Shown here: positions 29,315-38,294 of the stretch, piece after piece
Layout: each line of letters begins with the position of its first letter
Position numbering within the stretch: the stretch's first letter is position 1
NCBI GenBank assembly: GCA_964519985.1
Contig: CAZFMF010000011.1
Location: forward strand, 6,695 to 70,694
Length of the DNA: 64,000 nucleotides
Source of the DNA: an uncultured Pseudobdellovibrionaceae bacterium
Lineage (GTDB): Bacteria > Bdellovibrionota > FAC87 > UBA2466
Direction: 5' to 3'
Translations under genes and position numbers: made by a program
The notes under the pieces: model-generated
What the model was told of the DNA's origin: nothing
What the model saw: the letters and a program-made list of their open reading frames with translations, nothing else
Database searches by the model: none

Positions 29315-29880
29315 GCGAGGGCCTCGAGATAGGGTTGGACTCGATGGTAGACGTCTAACTCTTTCGCTACATCGGCAATACGCCCGAGATTTACGGAGCC
29401 TTTGATAGCTCTTCGTAAGGCTTCCATCGCGATATTAGTGCCGATCAGATTTCGGAACAGGATGGCATCTACCAGAGTGCGTTCGATAGAGGTTATCCAA
29501 TACTGTTTCTTTTTTTCGATTCCAATCTTCCATTGAGGGTTTCGCGTTCGCAACAGTCGAATATTGCGATGCTGTGTGCGTTTGGCAGCTTCGACCATCA
29601 GCCAAACTTTTTTCGGAATCGCGTCGGTTAAGTGGTAATGCGCTAACGCGGATACGAGGCACACGGCATTGGGACGCCCAATCTGCGCCGAGGCTGCGGC
29701 AAAGGACTCTTCTTCCGAATAATCGGCGTCGCCTGTCTGATAGAGTCCTCGGCCGACCTTACGCAGCGTTCCGTCCGTCACCATCTTCTTGAGGCAATAG
29801 AAGGTAATGCCAGCTTTTGCCGCTTCCTGGGTCGAAAATGGCCGGTTCTTGAAAGACCTTGGAATTTTTGCCTGGCCCAT
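29311..29880 (-). CDS. abiEi: AbiEi-family antitoxin/transcriptional regulator (winged-helix N-terminus plus C-terminal AbiEi_4-like domain)
   Basis: 189 aa. QEAAKAGITFYCLKKMVTDGTLRKVGRGLY is typical of the AbiEi N-terminal winged helix. It overlaps the AbiEii-like gene. Confidence 0.65.
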   Translation of the reverse strand: MGQAKIPRSFKNRPFSTQEAAKAGITFYCLKKMVTDGTLRKVGRGLYQTGDADYSEEESFAAASAQIGRPNAVCLVSALAHYHLTDAIPKKVWLMVEAAKRTQHRNIRLLRTRNPQWKIGIEKKKQYWITSIERTLVDAILFRNLIGTNIAMEALRRAIKGSVNLGRIADVAKELDVYHRVQPYLEALA

Positions 29881-29990
29881 TTAAATAAAATGACACGATT
29901 TCAATTTTGTGTCAATTTACATAATTTTTCAAGAGAGCGCCAAACCCCAATTGGCCTGTTATGAGACGGATCGGCGGGTGACCGGAGGGA

Positions 29991-30701
29991 CTAGTCCTCC
30001 AGTACCTCCGTCAGAGCCTTGGCCTTTTGCGCAATTGCGTTCTTGTGTTCCTGCGCCGTCAGCGCCCGCTCCAGCGCCGCCGTCGTTTCGTCGATTGCGG
30101 CAAACCGGGACGGGTCCTCGTTCGTATCGACCAGCGCGGTTTTGAGCCAATGCGCCAGATCCGCAAACTGCGTATCGACCGACTTCTTGGTCTGCTCCAA
30201 ATCCTCGCCCGTCAAAACGCTTTTCGGGATCAGTTCGTGTAGCGACATGAGCTGTTTTTCATGGGTTTCCTCGTAGAGCCGCGAGACCTCCGGCGCAAAC
30301 AGCTCCTGATTGTGCAATCGCCAGCACGTCAGATCCCGAATATCCGAGAGCAAACCGCTCAGCGCCACCGCCGTATCGTACCCCAGGTAGTGGAATGTAC
30401 CGGGCGCAGAGGCCTTCACCTGCTCCTTCGACGACGTCAGCGCAAGTTTTAGCTCATCCTGAAACCCGACCTCGTGGCGACGGATTTCGGCCACGATCCA
30501 ATCCTGCGCCAAAGTCGAAAGGGTGCCCGGGTTGAAAATCGCATCACCATCCACTTCAAAATACCGAGCCAAAACGGGAAATAGTTTCTTGTCCATTTCG
30601 GCCGGATCCATCCGCGGCGGCTCATAGTAGCCAACGGATTTGCGCGGCCCGCGGTTGAAATCACTTGGATCTTCGGCATCGATGTAGAAATCACTCCGCA
30701 A
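29991..30701 (-). CDS. Hypothetical protein
   Basis: 236-aa acidic ORF with a TTG start in the track and no clear ribosome-binding site. It may be spurious or start downstream. Confidence 0.3.
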   Translation of the reverse strand: MRSDFYIDAEDPSDFNRGPRKSVGYYEPPRMDPAEMDKKLFPVLARYFEVDGDAIFNPGTLSTLAQDWIVAEIRRHEVGFQDELKLALTSSKEQVKASAPGTFHYLGYDTAVALSGLLSDIRDLTCWRLHNQELFAPEVSRLYEETHEKQLMSLHELIPKSVLTGEDLEQTKKSVDTQFADLAHWLKTALVDTNEDPSRFAAIDETTAALERALTAQEHKNAIAQKAKALTEVLED

Positions 30702-31093
30702 ATCGAATCGAATTTTGGGGTGAGAGATGACGCTCGTCTTTACCGTTCCTTCAAAATCCGATGCACTCAGACGCAGAGCAAGACCGGGCTTGTAGTAAAA
30801 GATCCCATTCTTTCGGGATCGCGTGTTCGAAAGCGTATCTTCGCTCCAGTGGGTATCCAGCTCAGTGGCATATTGGATGGGCCGCAGACCCGAGTTTTTT
30901 CGGATGAAACTCAGCAGCCGAAGTTCCGGGCCTCGCGTGGTGTCTCAAATTCGAAGGGTTTGCGTCTCAACCAAGAGACTTCCTTCAAAGGTGAGAAACG
31001 ACTAGCCGATGAGTCCGCTACGAACGCTGTCCCACAGGCTATTGAATCCCAAGGGTTCTTGCCGTCTATACAAAAATAAGACATACCCAACGC

Positions 31094-31309
31094 ATGGGAA
31101 CAACGAGGAGGAAGGCTGGGCGTCCGAAGCGCGTTCTTCCCATGAAAATGGTTGGAATTCGACTTCAAGAATCTCTCATTGAGAGACTTAGAAGACTCGC
31201 ATCTCAGGAAGGCCTCCCGTACCAAACTTACCTCCGAAAAGTAGTCTGGGATCACGCTTTTAAGCGCGAAACTTTGATCGGCGAAACGGGCAATGGAACA
31301 AAGGCCTAA
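31094..31309 (+). CDS. CopG/ribbon-helix-helix DNA-binding protein, BrnA-antitoxin-like
   Basis: GRPKRVLPMKMVGIRLQESLIERLRRLASQEGLPYQTYLRKVV matches the BrnA (COG3514) pattern GRP...........IRLD.D.L..FK......GYQT.IN..LR. No BrnT partner was detected upstream. Confidence 0.45.
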   Translation: MGTTRRKAGRPKRVLPMKMVGIRLQESLIERLRRLASQEGLPYQTYLRKVVWDHAFKRETLIGETGNGTKA

Positions 31310-34300
31310 CCGCAATAAGCCAAGCACTAGCCCTGGCGAAAGACTCCTTTACTGGCATCTGGGAAAATATCCAAAAGCAGTCCAGTGGGCTGTCCCGTCG
31401 CTTCTTGTCATAGGAGCCCTTGTTACCCAGCATTTTCTCCGACCGGTAATTGGAGAGCGCAGTTTTCTTCTCCTCTATCCGACCGTCTTTTTTAGCGCTT
31501 TGATCAGCGGCAGCCTCGGGCCTGGCGTTCTTGCAAGTTTCATTGCGACCATCGGCGCTTGGTACTTCTTTGTTCCCACTATTTACTCGTTCACTATCAC
31601 CCGGGTGGGCGATTTATTTGGCCTCGTCACGTTTGCATTCACCGGACTTAGCTTCAGTCTGATTAGCGGAAAGCTTCGTTCCATTCAAGGCGCGGAAAGT
31701 GAAGTTGCACAGCTCAGTGCCATCATTACCTCGAGCGATGATGCTATTATCAGTAAGACTCTGAATGGAACGATTCTGACCTGGAATCCGGGAGCAGAAA
31801 AAATATTCGGGTACTCTGCAGATGAGATGCAAGGGAAAAGCATCTTCTCAATTATCCCTGCAGATAAGCATGAAGAAGAGCGCAGAATATTGGATAGGCT
31901 GTCGCGAGGAAGCAGTCTCGTGCAATACGAGACCACTCGGATTCGAAAAGACGGCACGCTGGTCGAAATCGCTTCCACGATTTCTCCGATCAAAGACGAG
32001 AAAGGGAACGTCATTGGTGCCTGCAAAATCGGCAGGGACGTCACGGAAAAAAAAGCAACCGAAAGAAATATTCAGGAGCTTCTGAATACCACCTCCGTGA
32101 TCAACGAGGTCTACGCAAGAATGCGCGGAGAACCAACTACCAAGGAGCTCGCCGAAAATGTCCTCACCTACCTGGCCCATTCCCTAAAGGCTCATGTCGG
32201 GGCGTTTTATCGAGTAAATGAAGAGCGCCTGATACGCCTGGCTGGATTTGCCCTTCCCCATGAAACGAATATTCCATTTCCAGAAATGTTTCACAGGGGG
32301 CAAGGGCTTCTTGGACAGGCAGTAAAATCCGGGGAGCCCTTTATCCTTGCGACGATCCCTGAGAATTACCTCACCATCCGATCCGCACTCGGAGAAACAA
32401 AGCCAGCCTCTTTGCTATTCGTCCCCATTCAGCACGAAGGGAAGGTAATCGCGGCAATTGAGTTTGGGACGCTTAGTGGGTTCGCGGAAGAGCATCGGGT
32501 TCTTGTCAAGAATATCTCGGAGATTATCGGGGTTGGGCTTTTCTCGGCCGACACCCGGGAACAGCTAAAGCAGCTTTTAGAGGAAACGCGCGCTCAGCAA
32601 GATGAACTTCAGGCATCGAACGAGGAATTGGAAAATACAACCAACGAGCTACAAACCCAGCAAGAGGAACTAAAGCAGGCCAACGAAGAGCTGCAAGAGC
32701 AGAGGACGGCTCTCGAGGAACAAAAGGAATCTCTGGAGAAAACAAATCGCAAAGCGGAGGAAGCCCGCTCTGAGGTGCAACGAAAGGCCGAAGCTCTGGA
32801 GACGGCCGGCAAATACAAATCTGAGTTTCTCGCAAATATGTCGCATGAGCTCAGGACCCCATTAAACAGCATTCTCCTTCTTTCCAAAGCCATGTCCGAA
32901 AATTTGGAAGGGAATTTGAATTCCAATCAATTGGAATCAGCGCACACCATTCACTCTTCCGGAACGGATCTACTGAACCTGATTAACGATATCTTAGACC
33001 TTTCCAAGGTCGAAGCGGGTAAGCTTGAAATCAGAATTTCGGACGTCGAAATCTCGGAGCTGGTCGTGGCCCTCAAGAACCAATTCCGTGCCCAGATGGA
33101 GGCTAAGGATCTTTCCTTCGAGATCGAAATCGCCGAGCTCTGTCCCGAAGAAATTACTACGGATCGATTGCGGCTCGAGCAGATCCTGAAGAATTTTCTT
33201 TCTAACGCAATTAAGTTCACGGAAAAAGGCTTCGTCAAAGTCATTTTCCATGCGGTTCCTCATGACAATTCCTCAATTGCTATCACGGTCAAAGATACCG
33301 GAATCGGCATTCCGGAAGCACAAAGATCGCTCATTTTTGAAGCTTTCGAACAAGGCGACAACTCAATCAGTCGAAGATATGGAGGTACGGGATTGGGGTT
33401 GACGATCGCAAGGGAGCTCGGCGGTCTCCTGGGCGGAGAAATACAAGTCCATAGCGAGGAAGGCAAAGGGAGTGAGTTTACGCTCGTACTCCCCATTCAC
33501 TTCGATGAAGGCAGGACCGTGACCGCCATTAGTTCGCGGGCGCCTTCTGTGGACGTGACGCCTAGTGAACCCGCTCCCGCTGCCAAGGTTCGCAAAAATG
33601 GTTCGGAACGAGTGGATGATCGACGAAAGATTGATAAGGGTGACCGAGTCCTCCTTATCATTGAGGACGATCCTCATTTTGCCAAGATTCTCCTGGGACT
33701 TTGTCGAGGTCGCGGATTTAAATGCTTGCTCGCCACGAATGGTGAAGCGGGACTAACCGATGCCGATGAGTTCCAACCCGATGCTATCATTTTGGATTTG
33801 AGACTTCCCGCCATGAGCGGGATGACGGTTCTGGGAAGGCTTAAGAAAAATCTTCGGACCAGGCATATCCCAGTACATGTTATGTCGGTCGAAGAGAAAC
33901 GTAACGAGGTCCTCCAAATGGGAGCCGTGGGGTTTCTTTCAAAACCCGCCGATAAAGAACGACTCGAGGACGCTCTAAAGCGTATCGAAACAACGATTAG
34001 CACCAAAGCGAGGAGTGTTCTTGTCGTCGAAGATCGTAAAGTTGAGCGAGAGGCCATTCTCAAGCTTATCGGTAACGGAGACGTCACTTCCGTCGGTGCC
34101 GAGACTGGAGAAGAAGCGCTTCAATTACTCAGGACCAGAGTCTTCGACTGCATGATTCTCGATATAAAGCTCCCCGATTTTTCGGGGTTCGATCTATTGG
34201 ATAAAATGGAGAAGGACGAGACTCTTTCTCGGCCCGCCGTCATCATCTATACGGGACGAGATCTCACCAAAGATGAAATTGTGCGCTTAAATAAGTTTTC

Positions 34301-34817
34301 ACAGACCATTATTATAAAGGGCGTGAAATCAGAAGATCGCCTCTTCGACGAAGTCGCTCTCTTCCTTCATCGTGTCGTAGCGGACCTGCCCGAATCGAAA
34401 CAGCGTACCTTAGAACGTGTTCGACACCGCGAAGGGCTCTTCGAGGGAAAGAAAATATTGGTAGTCGATGATGACATGCGAAATGTCTTTGCGCTCCGAA
34501 GCCTTCTGCAAGGCAGAGGCTTTGAAATCTTTGCCGCTAAGACGGGTAAGGAAGCGCTGCGACACCTGGACGAACACTCGGACGTCGATATTGTCCTCAT
34601 GGATATCATGATGCCCGAAATGGACGGTTTTGAGGCCATGCGAAAAATAAGGGCCCAGGAAAAATTCATGAAACTCCCGATTATTGCCCTCACCGCGAAG
34701 GCAATGGTTGGAGACCGGGATAAATGCTTAGAGGCGGGAGCCAATGACTATCTCTCGAAGCCCATCGACGGCGAAAGTTTGCTCTCTTTGTTAAGAGTTT
34801 GGTTAACCAGAGCGTAA
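31293..34817 (+). CDS. Hybrid sensor histidine kinase: N-terminal membrane sensor domain (DUF4118/KdpD-like), PAS, GAF, long Glu/Gln-rich coiled coil, HisKA, HATPase_c and three C-terminal receiver domains
   Basis: H-box ANMSHELRTPLN. N/G boxes GTGLGLTIARELGGLLGGEI. Three REC signatures (LLIIEDDP...DAIILDLRLP, VLVVEDRK...DCMILDIKLPDFSG, ILVVDDDM...DIVLMDIMMPEMDG). Confidence 0.9.
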   Translation: MEQRPNRNKPSTSPGERLLYWHLGKYPKAVQWAVPSLLVIGALVTQHFLRPVIGERSFLLLYPTVFFSALISGSLGPGVLASFIATIGAWYFFVPTIYSFTITRVGDLFGLVTFAFTGLSFSLISGKLRSIQGAESEVAQLSAIITSSDDAIISKTLNGTILTWNPGAEKIFGYSADEMQGKSIFSIIPADKHEEERRILDRLSRGSSLVQYETTRIRKDGTLVEIASTISPIKDEKGNVIGACKIGRDVTEKKATERNIQELLNTTSVINEVYARMRGEPTTKELAENVLTYLAHSLKAHVGAFYRVNEERLIRLAGFALPHETNIPFPEMFHRGQGLLGQAVKSGEPFILATIPENYLTIRSALGETKPASLLFVPIQHEGKVIAAIEFGTLSGFAEEHRVLVKNISEIIGVGLFSADTREQLKQLLEETRAQQDELQASNEELENTTNELQTQQEELKQANEELQEQRTALEEQKESLEKTNRKAEEARSEVQRKAEALETAGKYKSEFLANMSHELRTPLNSILLLSKAMSENLEGNLNSNQLESAHTIHSSGTDLLNLINDILDLSKVEAGKLEIRISDVEISELVVALKNQFRAQMEAKDLSFEIEIAELCPEEITTDRLRLEQILKNFLSNAIKFTEKGFVKVIFHAVPHDNSSIAITVKDTGIGIPEAQRSLIFEAFEQGDNSISRRYGGTGLGLTIARELGGLLGGEIQVHSEEGKGSEFTLVLPIHFDEGRTVTAISSRAPSVDVTPSEPAPAAKVRKNGSERVDDRRKIDKGDRVLLIIEDDPHFAKILLGLCRGRGFKCLLATNGEAGLTDADEFQPDAIILDLRLPAMSGMTVLGRLKKNLRTRHIPVHVMSVEEKRNEVLQMGAVGFLSKPADKERLEDALKRIETTISTKARSVLVVEDRKVEREAILKLIGNGDVTSVGAETGEEALQLLRTRVFDCMILDIKLPDFSGFDLLDKMEKDETLSRPAVIIYTGRDLTKDEIVRLNKFSQTIIIKGVKSEDRLFDEVALFLHRVVADLPESKQRTLERVRHREGLFEGKKILVVDDDMRNVFALRSLLQGRGFEIFAAKTGKEALRHLDEHSDVDIVLMDIMMPEMDGFEAMRKIRAQEKFMKLPIIALTAKAMVGDRDKCLEAGANDYLSKPIDGESLLSLLRVWLTRA

Positions 34818-34822
34818 ACTCC

Positions 34823-35662
34823 ATGAGCTTAAAAGCCATTCAAGCGACGGATTACGAAAACCTTGAAATGAAACTTCTGATTGATGCCGTATACCAAAAG
34901 TACGGCTATGACTTTCGCAACTACGCGCACGCGAGCTTTAAGCGAAGGCTCGTAAAGGCCCGAATCAAACATGACTGCAAGAATATTGCGGAGATTCTTT
35001 ACCGAACGTTAACCGAACCCGATTTTTTTTCCGTTCTTATTAACGATCTCACCGTCACCGTAACTGAGTTATTTCGAGATCCTTCCGTTTACCGTGCCGT
35101 CCGGGAAGAGATTGTGCCACATTTAAAAACCTATCCCGAGATAAAGGTTTGGTGCGCAGGCTGCGCTGCGGGGGAAGAGGTTTTCTCATTAGCCATTCTT
35201 CTTGAAGAAGAAGGACTGTACAACCACTCGATCCTCTACGGAACCGATATCAATCCTTTGGCTTTGGAGTGTGCTCGTGACGGGATTGTATCGCTCGCCA
35301 AGATTAAAGACGGCACGAAGAACTATTTTGAAGCGGGCGGTAAGCAATCTCTCACTAGTTATTACACAGCGGAATACGATGCGGCTCTTCTAAGATCCGA
35401 ATTAAGAGAAAACCTTGTCTTCTCCGATCATAATTTGGCTACGGATGGGGTTTTTGGAGAAATGCAGCTGATCTTCTGCAGAAACACGCTCATCTACTTC
35501 AATCGAGATCTTCAGGACCGGGCGATCGGCTTGTTTCGAGAAAGTCTTTGCCCGGGTGGTTTCCTGTGTTTGGGAGCGAAAGAGAGCCTGAGCCTATCGA
35601 AGTATAGACGGGACTTTGAGGAAATTGGGCCTTCAAAAAAAATTTATCGAAAGAAATGGTGA
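34823..35662 (+). CDS. cheR: Chemotaxis protein methyltransferase CheR
   Basis: CheR SAM-binding region VWCAGCAAGEEVFSLAILLEE..YGTDINPLALECARDG and C-terminal LIFCRNTLIYFNRDLQ. Start placed at the ATG just after the kinase stop; the track ORF begins at 34799. Confidence 0.9.
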   Translation: MSLKAIQATDYENLEMKLLIDAVYQKYGYDFRNYAHASFKRRLVKARIKHDCKNIAEILYRTLTEPDFFSVLINDLTVTVTELFRDPSVYRAVREEIVPHLKTYPEIKVWCAGCAAGEEVFSLAILLEEEGLYNHSILYGTDINPLALECARDGIVSLAKIKDGTKNYFEAGGKQSLTSYYTAEYDAALLRSELRENLVFSDHNLATDGVFGEMQLIFCRNTLIYFNRDLQDRAIGLFRESLCPGGFLCLGAKESLSLSKYRRDFEEIGPSKKIYRKKW

Positions 35663-35666
35663 TTCC

Positions 35667-36257
35667 ATGGGGGAGAAAAATTACCAGGCAATCACTGTCG
35701 GCACTTCTCTCGGTGGCTTTCGTGCTTTGGAAGTCATTCTGCTGGGACTGCCGCGCGGATTTGGGGTTCCTATCCTTATCGTCCAGCACTTAGATCCAAA
35801 TTCCGACGGATTAGTTCCTTCGCTCCTGTCCGAAAAATGCGCTATTCGGATCAAGGAAGCGGATGACAAAGAGGCGATTGAGTCAGGAACTGTCTACGTT
35901 GCTCCGCCCAATTACCACCTTCTGGTTGAGCCCGATAGGACGCTATCGCTTTCCATCGATGAAAAGGAAAACTATTCTAGACCCTCCATTGACGTTCTCT
36001 TTGAATCCGCCGCGGAGGCCTATAAGGGGTCCCTAATCGGGATTGTCCTGACCGGCGCCAGTCACGACGGCGCCCGGGGGCTCGAGAAAATTAAGGCGAT
36101 GGGAGGACTCACGATCGTTCAGGATCCGGAAACCGCCGAAAGCAGGATTATGCCGGTAGCCGCGATTCGACAGGCAAAGGCAGACTATATTCTGCCGCTA
36201 CCAGAAATCACGGATTTCATAGTGCGTTGTTGTGAGGGAGAGGGAACAATCGTATGA
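35667..36257 (+). CDS. cheB: Chemotaxis protein-glutamate methylesterase CheB, catalytic domain only (no receiver domain)
   Basis: CheB_methylest motifs TVGTSLGGFRAL (Ser), VQHLDPN (His) and GIVLTGASHDGARGL (Asp). About 197 aa. The stop overlaps the next gene's start (ATGA). Confidence 0.85.
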   Translation: MGEKNYQAITVGTSLGGFRALEVILLGLPRGFGVPILIVQHLDPNSDGLVPSLLSEKCAIRIKEADDKEAIESGTVYVAPPNYHLLVEPDRTLSLSIDEKENYSRPSIDVLFESAAEAYKGSLIGIVLTGASHDGARGLEKIKAMGGLTIVQDPETAESRIMPVAAIRQAKADYILPLPEITDFIVRCCEGEGTIV

Positions 36258-37831
36258 AAGAGATCGTCAACGTTCTTGCTGTAGATGACAAGCCATCAAA
36301 TCTTCTGGCTCTCGAAAACACTCTTCAAGGACATAAAATCAATTTTGTTAAAGCTGGCACCGGTAATGAAGCTTTAGCCAGGCTCTTAGAAATGGAGTTC
36401 GCGTGTGTTTTGCTTGATGTAAAGCTCCCCGATATCGACGGATTTGAACTTGCCCGAATTATTCGCGGCGACGAGAAGACAAAATATCTCCCGATAATTT
36501 TCGTAAGTGGCCATCGGATTGGGCAAGATGACATTTTCACGGGCTACGAGATCGGAGCCTTTGACTACCTCCTCAAGCCGATCGACCCCACGATCGTCAG
36601 GAGCAAGGTAAATATATTTGCCGAGATGTATCGAAAAGAGACCGAGCGTAAACTCACACAACGAGCTCTCGAGGCAAGTGAAAAACACACACGCATGATT
36701 ATCGAGAACGCTACCGATGCTTTTGTGGCGATTGATGCCCAAGGAGTCATAACCGCCTGGAACCAATCCGCGGAACTTACATTCGGTTGGAGTAAGGACG
36801 AGATTGTTGGAAAACCGGTGGCCGAAACACTCATCCCCTCGCGCTATCGACCCGCCCACCAGAAAGGATTGGATCATTACTTCAAGACGGGAGAGGGTGC
36901 GGTCTTGAATAAACGTCTCGAGCTCTCGGCTCTGCACAAGGACGGCAGGGAGTTTCCCATTGAAATTTCCATCTCGGACGCTGCGGTAAAAGATGGAATC
37001 GCGTTCTTTGCCTTCATTCATGACATCTCGGAGCGCAAACGTGCCGAAAATGCAATCCGCAAAGCAAAAGAAGATCTGGAAGGACGCGTAAAAGAGAGAA
37101 CAATGGAACTAACGCTGCAAACGGAGGAGCTGAAGCGATCCAACGAAGAGTTGGCAAGATTCGCCTATATCTCTTCTCACGACCTCAAAGAGCCCCTCCG
37201 GATGATTTCGATGTATACCCAGATCCTGGAGGCAAGACATGCCGGACAGCTGAGTCAGGAGGCCAGGGACTGTATGGATATCGTAGTCGAGGGAGCTTCG
37301 AGAATGCGCACCCTCATTGACGATCTTCTTACGTATGCCCGGGTGGGACGAGGAGAAGAGAATTTTATAATGGTCGATACGAGCAAGGTCGTGGATAAGG
37401 TTATTGGCAATCTCAAGGCGTTAACCACCGAGACTGGCGCCGAGATCGATTGCGGGCGACTTCCGTCACTTGAAGCTCAAGAGGCTCAGATTACCCAGGT
37501 GTTTCAAAACCTGATCAGTAACGCGATTAAGTTTCGTGGGGCGGCGGCGCCCAAGATCAAGATCGAAGCCAAGGAAGTGGATGGATTTTATCAATTTTCA
37601 GTTCGAGACTTCGGTATCGGAATTCGTCCGGAATACCACGCCAAGTTGTTTAAGATTTTCCAAAGGCTCCATACCAAGGAAAAGTATCCAGGAACCGGGA
37701 TCGGTCTCTCCGTGTGCAAAAAGATAGTTGAGATTCACGGAGGCAAGATTTGGGTGGAGTCCGAAGAAGAAAAAGGGGCGACGTTTCATTTTACACTCCC
37801 CAAGACACAACCGACGGGAGTTAGACTTTAG
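36254..37831 (+). CDS. Response-regulator/sensor histidine kinase hybrid (REC-PAS-HisKA-HATPase_c), HWE/bacteriophytochrome-type H-box
   Basis: N-terminal REC (LAVDDKPSN...VLLDVKLPDIDG). PAS domain. H-box SSHDLKEPLRMI. ATP-binding GTGIGLSVCKKIVEIHGG. Confidence 0.9.
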   Translation: MKEIVNVLAVDDKPSNLLALENTLQGHKINFVKAGTGNEALARLLEMEFACVLLDVKLPDIDGFELARIIRGDEKTKYLPIIFVSGHRIGQDDIFTGYEIGAFDYLLKPIDPTIVRSKVNIFAEMYRKETERKLTQRALEASEKHTRMIIENATDAFVAIDAQGVITAWNQSAELTFGWSKDEIVGKPVAETLIPSRYRPAHQKGLDHYFKTGEGAVLNKRLELSALHKDGREFPIEISISDAAVKDGIAFFAFIHDISERKRAENAIRKAKEDLEGRVKERTMELTLQTEELKRSNEELARFAYISSHDLKEPLRMISMYTQILEARHAGQLSQEARDCMDIVVEGASRMRTLIDDLLTYARVGRGEENFIMVDTSKVVDKVIGNLKALTTETGAEIDCGRLPSLEAQEAQITQVFQNLISNAIKFRGAAAPKIKIEAKEVDGFYQFSVRDFGIGIRPEYHAKLFKIFQRLHTKEKYPGTGIGLSVCKKIVEIHGGKIWVESEEEKGATFHFTLPKTQPTGVRL

Positions 37832-37838
37832 GCGGCTT

Positions 37839-38294
37839 ATGAAGGTCAGCAACGAAATATTGGTCGTCGACGATAATAATGCGGATGTGAAGATCCTAAG
37901 AGACTTCTGGCCGGCGGAACTGGGAGCCTACCATTTCGTCGTAGCGGAAGACGGTGAGCAGGCACTTAACTACATTCACAAACGAGGAAGGTATTCGGGA
38001 CGAACAGCACCCTGCATCGTGTTCTTGGATCTTAACCTACCGAGAAAAAGCGGCACCGAAGTCCTGACCGAGATCAAAAAGCACCCCGAGTTCAAAAACG
38101 TCACCGTTATCGTCTTATCGGGTTCGGATGATCCAAGAGACAAAGCGCAGTGTCTCGCGCTGGGGGCCGAGCGGTTCTTCACCAAACCAAGTAATTTGGA
38201 AGGTCTCGGGGCCTTTTTTTCCGTAATGAAATCTTATCTCCGCAAGGATTGTGGAAACGAATCTGCGGGTGAGATAGGAGGAGACAAGGAATGA
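37839..38294 (+). CDS. Single-domain response regulator (CheY-like receiver)
   Basis: ILVVDDNNAD...IVFLDLNLPRKSG...VIVLSGSDDP receiver signature. Start placed at the internal ATG (MKVSNEILVVDD); the track ORF begins at 37728 and overlaps the upstream gene. Confidence 0.8.
   Translation: MKVSNEILVVDDNNADVKILRDFWPAELGAYHFVVAEDGEQALNYIHKRGRYSGRTAPCIVFLDLNLPRKSGTEVLTEIKKHPEFKNVTVIVLSGSDDPRDKAQCLALGAERFFTKPSNLEGLGAFFSVMKSYLRKDCGNESAGEIGGDKE

Noticed and set aside
30720-31079. 119-aa plus-strand ORF upstream of the BrnA-like gene, considered as a possible BrnT toxin
   Set aside because: No DUF497/BrnT signature (no FEWD..KA..N..KHG-like N-terminus). It is probably non-coding or a decayed remnant.
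36386-37021. 211-aa minus-strand ORF inside the REC-PAS-histidine kinase gene
   Set aside because: Antisense to a gene with REC, H-box and ATPase motifs. No motifs of its own.
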